Origin: Patescibacteria group bacterium
GTDB lineage: Bacteria; Patescibacteriota; JABMPQ01; JAQVVF01
Assembly (NCBI GenBank): GCA_041662665.1
Contig: JBAZSC010000001.1
Location: 193,511 to 257,510 of the forward strand
DNA length: 64,000 nucleotides
Direction: 5' to 3'
A program made the position numbers and the translations under genes. Positions 17,488-27,013 of this stretch are shown here, one piece after another. The first letter of the stretch is position 1. The number at the start of each line of letters is the position of its first letter. The notes below the pieces were generated by a model that saw only the letters and a list, made by a program, of their open reading frames with translations, did not search any database and was not told the DNA's origin.

Positions 17488-19998
17488 TTATAACTTGTTC
17501 GATTTGTTCAACACGATTCCATTTTTATTTTTTTCAATCTTGATAATAGCATTCTCGCCAAATTCTTCCGAAATTATTCCTTCAGCCAATGGATCTTCAA
17601 TCACTTCGCCAATTGTACCTCGCAAAGGGCGAGCGCCTCTTTCAAAATCAAAACCTTTATCAGCAATTTCTTTTTTAACTAAATCAGAAACTGCAATTTT
17701 GATTTTTTTATTCCATAATCTTTTTTGCAATTCTTTAATTTGCAAATCAATAATTTTCTTGATTGATTCAGGACTTAGCGGTTTGAAAATTACAATTCTG
17801 TCAATTCTATTCAAAAATTCTGGACGATATTCTTTTTTTACATCGCTCAAAATTTCTTTTTTATAATCTTCATAAGTCTTGTCAAAATTTTCTGGATTAT
17901 ATTTTTCAGTCTCGCCAAAGCCAACTGCATTTTTAGTTATCGATTTTGTTCCAGTATTTGATGTCATGATAATTATCGTATTTTTGAAATCAACTTTTGT
18001 GCCTGCAGCATCTGTTAATACGCCATCATCTAAAACTTGCAAAAATAAATTAAAAACATCTGGATGAGCTTTTTCAATTTCATCAAACAAAACAACAGCA
18101 TACGGTTTGCGTTTTATGGCTTCTGTTAATTTTCCGCCTTCTTCATAGCCAATATATCCAGCTGGAGCGCCAATTAATTTGGAAATATTAAATTTTTCGC
18201 TAAACTCTGACATATCAATTCTGATCAAATCATCAATGTTTCCAAAAACTTCCATTGCCAAAACTTTGGCTAATTCTGTTTTTCCAACTCCAGTTGGACC
18301 TAAGAATAGGAAAGAGCCAATTGGTCGATTCGGACTAGAAATTCCAGCTCTTGAGCGTCTTATAAATTTTGCAACTAGCTCAATTGCTTGTTCTTGACCA
18401 ATTACTTTCTTGCCTAAAATATTTTCCAAATTTAATAATTTTTCTTTTTCTTTTGTTACTAATGTATCAAGTGGAATATTTGTCATTAATGATAATGTCT
18501 TGGCAATATCGGAACTAAATATTTCTGGCCAAGTATTTGTATCATCTAAAATTTCATTCAATTTTTCATGCAAAGCTAATTCTTCTTTTTTCAAAATTAA
18601 AGCATCTTTGAATTTTTCTTCTTTGACTTTTTTCTCTTTAATTAATTTAATTTCATCAAGTTTTTGAGATAGAGTCGAAAGTTCGCCATTTATAATTGTT
18701 TTGCCATGTTCGATTTTTAAACGCGATAAAGTTTCATCCAAAACATCAATTGCTTTATCAGGCAAAAATCGATTATGCAAATATCTCTTTGATAAAGAAA
18801 CAGCGCTTTCAAGTGCATCATCAGAAATTTTTGTTCGATGAAATTTTTCAAAATTATTTTTTAATCCTTTTAATATTTTTATAGTTTCTATTTCACTTGG
18901 CTCAACAATTTTAACTAACTGAAATCTGCGTACTAATGCATTATCATTCTCAATTGTTTTTTTGTAATCAGCAAAAGAAGAAGTACAGATAATTTGCAAA
19001 TCATTGGACGACATTGCAGGTTTCAAAATACTTCCGGCATCAAAAGCGCCATTTGATTGGCCCATTGAGATAATGGAATTTATTTCATCAATAAACAAGA
19101 TCACATTTTTATTTTGTGATAATTCATCAATCAATGCTTTCAATCTCATTTCAAATTCACCGCGAAAAACAGTTCCAGCAATCAATTTTGCTGAATCTAA
19201 TTTAAAGATTTTTTTATCTTTCAAAAAACCAGGCACTTTTTTCTCAAATATTTTTTTTGCTAATCCAAAAATAATGGCTGTTTTTCCAACTCCAGACTCG
19301 CCAATTAGTAGAGGATTATTTTTATGTTTTCTGCCTAAAATATTAATAATTCGATCTATCTCTTTTTCTCGTCCGACAATTTTATCGCAATTTTTCAAGA
19401 AATTTTTATCGCAAATATCATTGCAATAAAAACTCAACGCTTCTTTGTCCTTTTTATTCGATCCTTCATAATGCTTGGTCATGTCAGCAAATTTTTCAGT
19501 ATTTTTCAGCATAATGTCTGATTGCTCAATAATATATTTGAGATCGCATTTCAATTCGCGCAATAAAACAAAAGCTTGGCACTTTTTAATTTGTAAAATT
19601 GCCCATAATAAATGTTCAGTTCCAATGAATTTATGATTATGTTTATTCGCGCATGAAAATGATTTTAGCAACAAATTTTTTGTATCGTCAGTTAATGATA
19701 CAAAATCATCATCTTTTTCAGAAGTTTTATTTTTGTTACTCAATAATTTTCCTAAATTTGCATTATTAGAATTATCTTTTTGCTTGATAATTTTTACTTC
19801 CAATTCATTAATTTTTAATCCAGAATTTTTTAAAATTTCAGCAGCAATTCCGCCTTTTTGGGAGGCTAGTCCATACAATAAAAAATCAGAACTTAATTGA
19901 TTAGTTCCAGACTTTTGTGCAGTTGAAAAAGCAATATTGATTGCTTCTTTCAAATTTGTTGAAAATTTATTTAATATCTTTGGTATTTCGTCAATCAT
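17488..19998 (-). CDS. clpC: AAA+ Clp/Hsp100-family chaperone ATPase (ClpC-like, two AAA modules plus a Clp_N domain)
   Basis: Two Walker A motifs (GESGVGKTAI, GPTGVGKTELAK) are present, along with a ClpA/B signature, a short middle coiled-coil and an N-terminal Clp repeat. Confidence 0.8.
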   Translation of the reverse strand: MIDEIPKILNKFSTNLKEAINIAFSTAQKSGTNQLSSDFLLYGLASQKGGIAAEILKNSGLKINELEVKIIKQKDNSNNANLGKLLSNKNKTSEKDDDFVSLTDDTKNLLLKSFSCANKHNHKFIGTEHLLWAILQIKKCQAFVLLRELKCDLKYIIEQSDIMLKNTEKFADMTKHYEGSNKKDKEALSFYCNDICDKNFLKNCDKIVGREKEIDRIINILGRKHKNNPLLIGESGVGKTAIIFGLAKKIFEKKVPGFLKDKKIFKLDSAKLIAGTVFRGEFEMRLKALIDELSQNKNVILFIDEINSIISMGQSNGAFDAGSILKPAMSSNDLQIICTSSFADYKKTIENDNALVRRFQLVKIVEPSEIETIKILKGLKNNFEKFHRTKISDDALESAVSLSKRYLHNRFLPDKAIDVLDETLSRLKIEHGKTIINGELSTLSQKLDEIKLIKEKKVKEEKFKDALILKKEELALHEKLNEILDDTNTWPEIFSSDIAKTLSLMTNIPLDTLVTKEKEKLLNLENILGKKVIGQEQAIELVAKFIRRSRAGISSPNRPIGSFLFLGPTGVGKTELAKVLAMEVFGNIDDLIRIDMSEFSEKFNISKLIGAPAGYIGYEEGGKLTEAIKRKPYAVVLFDEIEKAHPDVFNLFLQVLDDGVLTDAAGTKVDFKNTIIIMTSNTGTKSITKNAVGFGETEKYNPENFDKTYEDYKKEILSDVKKEYRPEFLNRIDRIVIFKPLSPESIKKIIDLQIKELQKRLWNKKIKIAVSDLVKKEIADKGFDFERGARPLRGTIGEVIEDPLAEGIISEEFGENAIIKIEKNKNGIVLNKSNKL

Positions 19999-20129
19999 TT
20001 GGTTTAAATTAGTCTCGATAATTATATTACAGAATTATCAAAAATTCAAGACTAATTGTCAGATTGTTTTTTTTGCTTCATTGCTTCATAGTTCAATTGT
20101 TATATAATAAAAAAAGAGGCAAGATAGCC

Positions 20130-20699
20130 TCACAAAGAGCTTAGTCGTTTACGTACAAATGTTGATCGTGCTGTCAGAATAGTATCTAAAGTTGTTTGAG
20201 CAATTTCCAATGAATTTCTAGCTCCTCTTTCAGCAAAACTGAGCATTTTCATTACACTTTCTCCTCGACAATTTCCATCAATATCACAAAGATCATATTG
20301 TTGATCAATCAAATAGTCATTTCCGTTTTGTACTTCGCAATTATGGTGATAAAATGTGAAACAAACAATTACTTTGCCATTTGGAAAAAATTTCACGAAT
20401 ATTTGTCGAAAACCATGAGTAAGATCAAAGGGCAAAGAAACCATTGGCACCAACCCGCTTTCTTCCTCATAAAACCTCTTTAAGGTATTTCTTCTTTGTG
20501 CATAATCCTGAGATGTCAAGCAATCCATTCTTTCAATCTCTTCCAATCTTTCCATCATTACTTGACATTCATCCTTGAATGGTCCTGTCATCTTCTCTCC
20601 CTCCTTTTTGTGGAAAGAACAATACATTAAACAATATGTTAAATCAACAACTAAATCAAGCCATAATTTATTCACAAAAGCTTCTTGCTCAATATCCAA
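20130..20699 (-). CDS. Hypothetical Cys/His/aromatic-rich protein of atypical composition. The start may be the internal Met at 20591.
   Basis: A 189-aa ORF with 8+ Cys and locally higher GC than its neighbours. Its 5' end overlaps the 5' end of recX on the opposite strand. Confidence 0.35.
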   Translation of the reverse strand: MDIEQEAFVNKLWLDLVVDLTYCLMYCSFHKKEGEKMTGPFKDECQVMMERLEEIERMDCLTSQDYAQRRNTLKRFYEEESGLVPMVSLPFDLTHGFRQIFVKFFPNGKVIVCFTFYHHNCEVQNGNDYLIDQQYDLCDIDGNCRGESVMKMLSFAERGARNSLEIAQTTLDTILTARSTFVRKRLSSL

Positions 20700-21097
20700 G
20701 AACTGTTTTTGAAATTGAAGATAAATTAAAAAAGAAAAACTGCCAGCCAGAAATAATTACTCAAGTCATAAAATATTTAAAAGACAAAAATTATCTTAAT
20801 GATAATGAATATGGGAAAACCTTTTTAGAATTTGAATTAAAAAACAGACCATGTGGCAGAATGTTATGCTATAAAAAATTAGTTAAAAAGGGGATTAGTA
20901 AAGATTTAGCCAGTCAAGTTTTGGATGAAAATTATCCAGATGAAAAAGAAATAGAATTAGCCAAAATTTTAGCAGACAAAAAAATGCGTGAATTAAAATT
21001 TAAAGACAAAAAAACAATCTATCGCAAATTAGGTTATTATTTAAACAGCAAAGGTTTTTCCAGCACAACAATATTAGAGATTATCGAAAATTTCTAA
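20636..21097 (+). CDS. recX: RecX-family recombination regulator (the ORF is open from 20579)
   Basis: Repeated three-helix modules rich in K and L (…NRPCGRMLCYKKLVKKGISKDLASQVLDE…KTIYRKLGYYLNSKGFSSTTILEII) are typical of RecX. Confidence 0.55.
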   Translation: MLNQQLNQAIIYSQKLLAQYPRTVFEIEDKLKKKNCQPEIITQVIKYLKDKNYLNDNEYGKTFLEFELKNRPCGRMLCYKKLVKKGISKDLASQVLDENYPDEKEIELAKILADKKMRELKFKDKKTIYRKLGYYLNSKGFSSTTILEIIENF

Positions 21098-21269
21098 TTT
21101 CTGTTTTCTGTTTTCTGTTTTCTAATACTTGTGGGTATCTTAATTGATGAAATTATTATTATTTGCTATATTATATCTAAGAACTTATTAACATTGAAAA
21201 TCAAAATTAACAACTGAATACATTTTTTCCACAAAATTTTTATATTTTTAGTTTTTTATATTTTTAAAT

Positions 21270-22322
21270 ATGCAACTTCAAGAGCTTTTAGCAGAAGTTA
21301 TAAAACAAAATGCATCTGATCTCCACATCACAGTTGGCAAGCCACCGACAATCAGAGTTGATGACAAGTTAATTCCAATTGCCAATCAAGAAGTACTGAC
21401 ACCAGAAACAACAGAAAATCTAGTTTTGAGTTTGTTAACAAATGAACAAAAAGAAATTCTGATGCAAGATAAAGAGTTTGATTTTTCATACGCTTATAAT
21501 GATCAAGGCAGATTTCGTGTTAATGCCTATTTTCAAAAAAGCTATCTAGCTGCATCTTTAAGATTAATTCCTGCAAAAGTTAAAACTTTTGAAGAATTAA
21601 ATTTGCCAGAAATTTTAAAAAGTTTTGCGAGTGCTCAACAAGGTTTTTTCATTTCTTGCGGTCCTGCTGGTCATGGAAAAACAACAACAGTCGCTGCAAT
21701 GGTTGACTATATTAACAAGCAAAGGTCAGATCATATTATTACTATTGAAGATCCAATTGAATATACTTTTATTCAAGACAAATGCTTAATTGATCAGCGC
21801 GAAGTCCATCTTGATACTCATTCTTTTCCGCAAGCTTTAAAATCTTGTTTGCGTCAGGATCCAGACGTTATCTTTGTCGGTGAAATGCGAGATCTGGAAA
21901 CAATATCAACAGCTGCAACTTTGGCAGAAACAGGTCATTTAGTTTTATCAACTTTACACACTAATAACGCTGCCGATACAATTGACCGTATGGTTGGTGT
22001 TTTTCCGCCTCATCAACAAGAACAAATTCGATTTCAATTAGCTAGTTCATTATTGGGCATGATATCTCAAAGACTAATTCCAAGAATCGACAAGCCAGGC
22101 CGTATTGTTGTTGCCGAAGTTTTAAAAATCAATGCTGCAGCCAGAAACTTAATTCGCGAAGGCAAAACATATCAGTTAAACAATATAATTTTAACCAGCA
22201 AACAAGAAGGCATGATTTCTTTAGATACTTCATTAGCAGAATTGGTTAAATCAAAAATAATCAGCAAAGAAAATGCCTTAGCTTATGCAATTGATCAGAA
22301 AAATTTGAGTATGCTATTATAA
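21270..22322 (+). CDS. pilT: Type IV pilus retraction ATPase PilT
   Basis: A 350-aa GspE-family ATPase without the N-terminal GSPII domain. It has Walker A GPAGHGKTTT, Asp/His boxes and the C-terminal PilT motif. Confidence 0.8.
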   Translation: MQLQELLAEVIKQNASDLHITVGKPPTIRVDDKLIPIANQEVLTPETTENLVLSLLTNEQKEILMQDKEFDFSYAYNDQGRFRVNAYFQKSYLAASLRLIPAKVKTFEELNLPEILKSFASAQQGFFISCGPAGHGKTTTVAAMVDYINKQRSDHIITIEDPIEYTFIQDKCLIDQREVHLDTHSFPQALKSCLRQDPDVIFVGEMRDLETISTAATLAETGHLVLSTLHTNNAADTIDRMVGVFPPHQQEQIRFQLASSLLGMISQRLIPRIDKPGRIVVAEVLKINAAARNLIREGKTYQLNNIILTSKQEGMISLDTSLAELVKSKIISKENALAYAIDQKNLSMLL

Positions 22323-22400
22323 CGAGTAGTATGTAGCAGGTAGTAAGTAGAAAGTAGTAAGTCTACTTTCTACTTTCTACTTGCTACTTTCTACATTTTA
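22323..22400. repeat. Complex palindromic 'gtagaaagtag / ctactttctac' word-repeat hairpin between pilT and the pilin gene
   Basis: The stretch reads gtagtaagtagaaagtagtaagtctactttctactttctacttgctactttctac. Confidence 0.5.
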
Positions 22401-22437
22401 TAAATTAATTTATTTGAAAGGGGGTGAAAAAGAAAAA

Positions 22438-22878
22438 ATGAAAAAGTTCTTCACGTTAAAGAAAGACCACAAAGGTTTCACTTTGATTGAGTTGTTGGTT
22501 GTTATTGCTATTATTGGTATTTTGGCAGCCATCGTATTCGTTGCTTTAGGCACAGCAAGAAGAAAAGCAAGAGATGCAAGACGCGAATCAGATGTTCGCC
22601 AAGTAGCCTTGGCAATGGAGTTGTATCATGATGATAATGGCGCTTATGTAACAAACGCTGGTGCAGCAGTTCCAGCAATTGGCACATATATGCCAACAGC
22701 GCCATCAGATCCAGGTTCAGGAAGCTATGTTTGGGTAAACAATGTTGCTGATTCTCAAGATTATGTTGTTTATGGAACATTAGAAAAAACTTGTACAAAC
22801 ACTTGCTACATTGTAGCAAATCCAGATGGAGTACAAGAAGTTGATCAAGCAGCTGCACCTACATTAGCAAATCCATAA
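22438..22878 (+). CDS. pilA: Type IV major pilin (PilA-like) with a prepilin class-III signal
   Basis: [27 protein letters not shown]... carries the G/FTLIE processing and methylation motif. A strong terminator lies downstream. Confidence 0.8.
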   Translation: MKKFFTLKKDHKGFTLIELLVVIAIIGILAAIVFVALGTARRKARDARRESDVRQVALAMELYHDDNGAYVTNAGAAVPAIGTYMPTAPSDPGSGSYVWVNNVADSQDYVVYGTLEKTCTNTCYIVANPDGVQEVDQAAAPTLANP

Positions 22879-22888
22879 TTTTCATATT

Positions 22889-22923
22889 TAAACTGGCGGA
22901 GCAAAAAATGTTCCGCCAGTTTA
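22889..22923 (+). terminator. Rho-independent terminator aaactggcgga-gcaaaaaatgt-tccgccagttt (11-bp perfect stem)
   Basis: A perfect inverted repeat sits immediately after the pilA stop. Confidence 0.7.
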
Positions 22924-23064
22924 ACATATGTTTCTAGAAAAACAAGAAAAAATATCGCTAATCATTTGCAAATTTTTGCTAATATTTTGCTAATAGTTAC
23001 TAAATAGATTGGCAAATAATTTGCATAAATTAGCAAAAGATTGGCGTCCATTTTTTAGATTTTT

Positions 23065-23493
23065 ATGAAAAACCAAAAGGGTTTTACTTTAATTGAGATA
23101 CTAGTTGTTGTTTCTATCGTCGGAATTCTTGCATCAATTGCTCTAATTGGCGTTGATGATGCCAGAAAAAAAGCACGTGATGCTCGGCGAGTTTCTGATT
23201 TGTATCAGATTTCTCAAGCCATTGAAATGTATAACAATGCAACAGGTCAGTATCCAGAAAATTTATCATCAAATCTTACCTCATATTTTCCAAGAGGATT
23301 ACCCAAGGATCCAAATCCAAGTAATAATTACGATTATATTCGTAGTCTCTCCAAATGTTATATTTTGCGTGCCAAATTAGATCGTAATAATAAAGATATC
23401 CTAAAAAGAGATTTAGATAATGAAATTACCTGCGGAGCATCAATAGATTGCAATGACGATTCTCTTTTCTATTGTGTAGGAAATAATCAATGA
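23065..23493 (+). CDS. Second type IV pilin / pseudopilin with a prepilin signal
   Basis: MKNQKGFTLIEILVVVSIVGIL... is followed by a C-terminal domain containing a Cys pair. Confidence 0.75.
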   Translation: MKNQKGFTLIEILVVVSIVGILASIALIGVDDARKKARDARRVSDLYQISQAIEMYNNATGQYPENLSSNLTSYFPRGLPKDPNPSNNYDYIRSLSKCYILRAKLDRNNKDILKRDLDNEITCGASIDCNDDSLFYCVGNNQ

Positions 23494-23524
23494 ATTATGA
23501 ATCAGGAATTATGAATAAAGAATA

Positions 23525-24343
23525 ATGAATCTTATGTTAATCCTAGCTAGCGTAATAATATTAATATTTGGTTTAGTTATCGGCAGTTTTCTTAATGTTG
23601 TCATAAACCGTCTCAATCTTCATCAAAACTTAATTTCGCCAGGCTCGCATTGTCCAAACTGCAAACACAATTTAAATTTTTGGGATTTAATTCCTGTTTT
23701 CAGTTTCATTTTTTTAAGAGGAAAATGCCGTTATTGTCAAAAAAAAATTTCTTGGCAATATCCATTAGTTGAGCTGACAACTGCAATTTCATTTTTATTA
23801 TTATTTTTCAAATTTGTTGATATTAATAATATTAATCTTGATTTTCTTGTTATTTTAGAACAGCTTTTAATCTATTTCTTTTTCACAAGCATCCTGATAA
23901 TAATTTTTGTTTACGATCTTAAGCATTATTTGATTCCGAATAAAATTATATATCCAGCATTAATTATAACTTTGATTTTGCAAATTATCCCAATATCCCA
24001 ATATCCCAATATCCCAATATCTAATTTAATAATTGGCTCATTAATTCCAGGAATATTCTTTCTGCTTTTAGTCCTTGTTTCCAAAGAAAAATGGATGGGA
24101 GCAGGCGATGTCAAATTAGGTTTTTTATGCGGTCTAATGATCGGTTATCCAAATATTTTTGTTGCTTTATTTATCTCCTTTGTTTTAGGAGCAATTATTG
24201 GTATCATTTTAATTATTTCAAAGAAAAAAGATCTCAAAGACAAAATGCCATATGGCACTTTATTAACTTTTGCAACTTTTATTTCTATTCTATTTGGCAC
24301 TCAAATTATAAATTGGTACTTTAGCTTTTTAGGCATAGTGTGA
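23525..24343 (+). CDS. pilD: Prepilin peptidase PilD (A24 family) with an N-terminal zinc-binding CxxC...CxxC
   Basis: The motifs CPNCKHNL...CRYCQKKISWQYPLVEL are present, with multiple TM helices and a conserved GAGDVKL region. Confidence 0.8.
   Translation: MNLMLILASVIILIFGLVIGSFLNVVINRLNLHQNLISPGSHCPNCKHNLNFWDLIPVFSFIFLRGKCRYCQKKISWQYPLVELTTAISFLLLFFKFVDINNINLDFLVILEQLLIYFFFTSILIIIFVYDLKHYLIPNKIIYPALIITLILQIIPISQYPNIPISNLIIGSLIPGIFFLLLVLVSKEKWMGAGDVKLGFLCGLMIGYPNIFVALFISFVLGAIIGIILIISKKKDLKDKMPYGTLLTFATFISILFGTQIINWYFSFLGIV
23986..24021 (+). repeat. 8-nt tandem repeat (tatcccaa) x4.5 inside the pilD coding sequence
   Basis: The stretch reads ttatcccaatatcccaatatcccaatatcccaatatc. The unit length is not a multiple of 3. 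Confidence 0.8.
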
Positions 24344-24359
24344 TACAATATTTTTAGTA

Positions 24360-24410
24360 GATTCGCATATTCGCAACATTTGCATTCATTCGTATATTCG
24401 TATTATTTAT
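24360..24410 (+). promoter_or_regulatory. Promoter/operator module, copy B: ATTCGCA direct repeat, then TTGCAT-N17-TTATTT
   Basis: gATTCGCAtATTCGCAacatTTGCATtcattcgtatattcgtaTTATTT is [13 protein letters not shown] to 9088-9137. Confidence 0.55.
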
Positions 24411-24433
24411 TATAAAAAATAAAATAAAAAAAA

Positions 24434-25948
24434 ATGAACAAGATCAAGTATTATCTGGCAGGCATTTTTTGTGTTTGCCTAATGTTTGGAATCAGTCATT
24501 TTGCTTTGGCTGATTCTACAATTTCTGGGAAAATTTTAAAAACCAATGGTGATCCAGTAATAGGCGATACTGTTTATCTCCGCAGTAATAGCAATGTTTA
24601 TGTCGATACTACTGATGCCAATGGTAATTATACTTTCACTGTTGATGACGCACCGATCACTGATAGCTATACGTTAATTCCTAATGACATTAATTATATA
24701 TACGAAGTAGGATATATAATAGCTCATTCTGAATATTTTTATCCGCAATCTAGACCTATTTCAATTGTCGATGGTGTAAATCAAGCAGACATCGATTTTA
24801 CCATGAGTCATCATGGAATGGTATCTGGAAAAATCACCGATAGTAGTGGCAATCCGATTGATGAAGTTTTGTTCTATATGTGGGATAAAAATGGCCAATC
24901 TTTTTATGAATATTCCTATTCTGATATTCTAGGTAATTATTATGCGACTCCGCTATATGGTTCGAGCCAAAGCATTAATGCGCAAGGAAATTATCAGGCT
25001 TATGTTTTCAAAGAAGGTTATTTGCCAGTATATATAAGTAGCTTAGCAATTGTCGATAATCAAACTCTTTCACAAAATGTTACTTTAACAGGAAAAAGTC
25101 ATGTTTCTGGCAATATAAAATCGAAAAAAGGAACGAATCTAGCAGATATTGTTGTCAAAGTCTATCGTTTAGGCGATGATGACGCTTATGCTGTTTCACA
25201 AAGCGATGCAAATGGTAACTATCAAATTGATCTTGGTCGGACAGGAGATCCAGATGATTTTGGTGATTTTTCTGCCAAAGGAAAATATATTCTAGAAGTT
25301 GCAGGCGATGATACTTCTGCATATACAAAAAAATCAAAAAATATTTCTGTAACATCTGATGAATCAAGCCTTTCCAAAAATTTTACCTTAAGCAAAAAGA
25401 AAGGTTCTCTTTCAGGTAAAGTTAAGACCAAGAAAAATACAAAAATTGAAGGCGCAATGGTTAAAGTCAATTTAATCAGTGATCCACAGATTACTTCTAC
25501 AACATATTCTGATTCAAGCGGCAGATATAGTTTTGCTCACTTAACAACTGGCAATTATCAAATTACTGTTAGTAAAGATGGCTACGTTAATTATGAAATG
25601 ACTAATAAGAAAATCAAAAAAGGAACTAAAAAGACTTTTAAATTAACAACAGCTGGTAATATCTCTGGTTATGTTTTTGACAATGTTACCAAGAAACCTC
25701 TTTCTGGTATTTATGTTTATCTAGTCAATTCAGATATTTATGCTTCCACCAATAGCCAAGGCTATTATGTTATAAAAAACGTTCCTACAGGTAATCGCAA
25801 GATTTATGTAAGGAATTATAACTATCAAGAACAATTTTATTTCAAAGCTTCAAGTATCAGCAAGGCAAAGACAATCAAAGTCAAGAAAAACAAAGAGAAT
25901 AAAAAAAATAATTTCTATTTGACATCTTATCAAAGAACATATCGATAA
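24434..25948 (+). CDS. Secreted protein with multiple carboxypeptidase-regulatory-like (CarbopepD_reg / Cna-B-like) beta-sandwich repeats
   Basis: A signal peptide is followed by at least five repeats of the form SG.I...G.P..G..V.L......TD..GNY.F. Confidence 0.6.
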   Translation: MNKIKYYLAGIFCVCLMFGISHFALADSTISGKILKTNGDPVIGDTVYLRSNSNVYVDTTDANGNYTFTVDDAPITDSYTLIPNDINYIYEVGYIIAHSEYFYPQSRPISIVDGVNQADIDFTMSHHGMVSGKITDSSGNPIDEVLFYMWDKNGQSFYEYSYSDILGNYYATPLYGSSQSINAQGNYQAYVFKEGYLPVYISSLAIVDNQTLSQNVTLTGKSHVSGNIKSKKGTNLADIVVKVYRLGDDDAYAVSQSDANGNYQIDLGRTGDPDDFGDFSAKGKYILEVAGDDTSAYTKKSKNISVTSDESSLSKNFTLSKKKGSLSGKVKTKKNTKIEGAMVKVNLISDPQITSTTYSDSSGRYSFAHLTTGNYQITVSKDGYVNYEMTNKKIKKGTKKTFKLTTAGNISGYVFDNVTKKPLSGIYVYLVNSDIYASTNSQGYYVIKNVPTGNRKIYVRNYNYQEQFYFKASSISKAKTIKVKKNKENKKNNFYLTSYQRTYR

Positions 25949-26040
25949 ATTAAGATAATAAAAAGACTAGATAAAATCTAGTCTTTTTTGTATTAGAGAT
26001 TAATTAGAGAAAAGTATTAGAGATTTAATTCGAGAAAAAT

Positions 26041-26925
26041 TTATTCCGCTATCTCAATCATTCGATTAGCATGATCTTTTCCTTTTGTATTTACCTCAAA
26101 ATAATGATAATAACTGTCATCATTTTTCATAAAATCATATTGAGGTAAAGATCCAGCACTTCCAACAATTGTCATTGTAATACTTAGCAAATTAAATGGA
26201 AAATACATATGCAGATGTCCAGAATATACTTCTTTGACATTATTTTTTGGTTCATTAATTATTTCATAAAATTTATCATAGCTTGCAAATGTCTGCTTTG
26301 TTCCGCCATCATTAATATCAAAAACATCTTCAAAAGGAATTTTTGTTGGTCGATGCATAAAAATAAAAGCTGGAAATTTATTTGTTGCCAAATCTTGTTT
26401 AAGCCAGTTTAACTGTTCATCAGAAAATCCTTCTAAATTCCATGAATTATCCAAAATTACGAAATGATTTTTTTCATAATCAAAAGATTGATAAAGATCT
26501 TTATAATAATTTAAAAAAACAGATTTATCTTGTTCATCAGCTAGAATATCATGATTGCCAGGAACAATATAATAAGCAATATTCAAATTTTTCGCCATAT
26601 AATTTTTGAATTCTTGAAATTCAGCATCAGTTCCATTTTGTGTAAAATCTCCTAAATGGATAAAAAATTTTGCATTGCTTTTGTTTACTTTTTCAACTAT
26701 TTGTTTGTAGATTTTGTTCAAATCATCATTTTGTCTGCCAGAATCAGAGGCAACAGCAAAAGTAAAATCAGTTTCATTGGTCACAAGATTTTTTATTTTT
26801 TCAGTTATCCTGGCTTTATTAGCCGAATTATCAATCCTTGGTTTTAAAATATAAAAATAAAAACCAGCCAGTGCCAACAGGAATAATATTAATGCTAAAA
26901 TAAAACATGAAATATACTTTTTCAT
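26041..26925 (-). CDS. Membrane-anchored calcineurin-like metallophosphoesterase
   Basis: It has an N-terminal TM helix and the motifs GDFTQNG, GNHD and GHLH of the MPP superfamily. Confidence 0.7.
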   Translation of the reverse strand: MKKYISCFILALILFLLALAGFYFYILKPRIDNSANKARITEKIKNLVTNETDFTFAVASDSGRQNDDLNKIYKQIVEKVNKSNAKFFIHLGDFTQNGTDAEFQEFKNYMAKNLNIAYYIVPGNHDILADEQDKSVFLNYYKDLYQSFDYEKNHFVILDNSWNLEGFSDEQLNWLKQDLATNKFPAFIFMHRPTKIPFEDVFDINDGGTKQTFASYDKFYEIINEPKNNVKEVYSGHLHMYFPFNLLSITMTIVGSAGSLPQYDFMKNDDSYYHYFEVNTKGKDHANRMIEIAE

Positions 26926-27013
26926 GAGTTTATGATATCATAAAAAAGAGAAAACAGAAAACAGGAAAAAAACAAGCACTGTTTTCTATTTTCTGTTTTC
27001 TAATAAATATATC

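Noticed and set aside
17495-19429. Series of 60-140-aa plus-strand ORFs antisense to clpC
   Set aside because: They are antisense to a strongly supported AAA+ gene. These are typical shadow ORFs in an AT-rich sequence.
22511-22858. Minus-strand 115-aa ORF inside pilA
   Set aside because: It is fully antisense to a high-confidence pilin gene. L/Q/H-rich, composition-driven.
25155-25470. Two minus-strand ORFs (70 and 82 aa) inside the CarbopepD-repeat gene
   Set aside because: They are antisense to a signal-peptide-bearing repeat protein gene and have no independent support.
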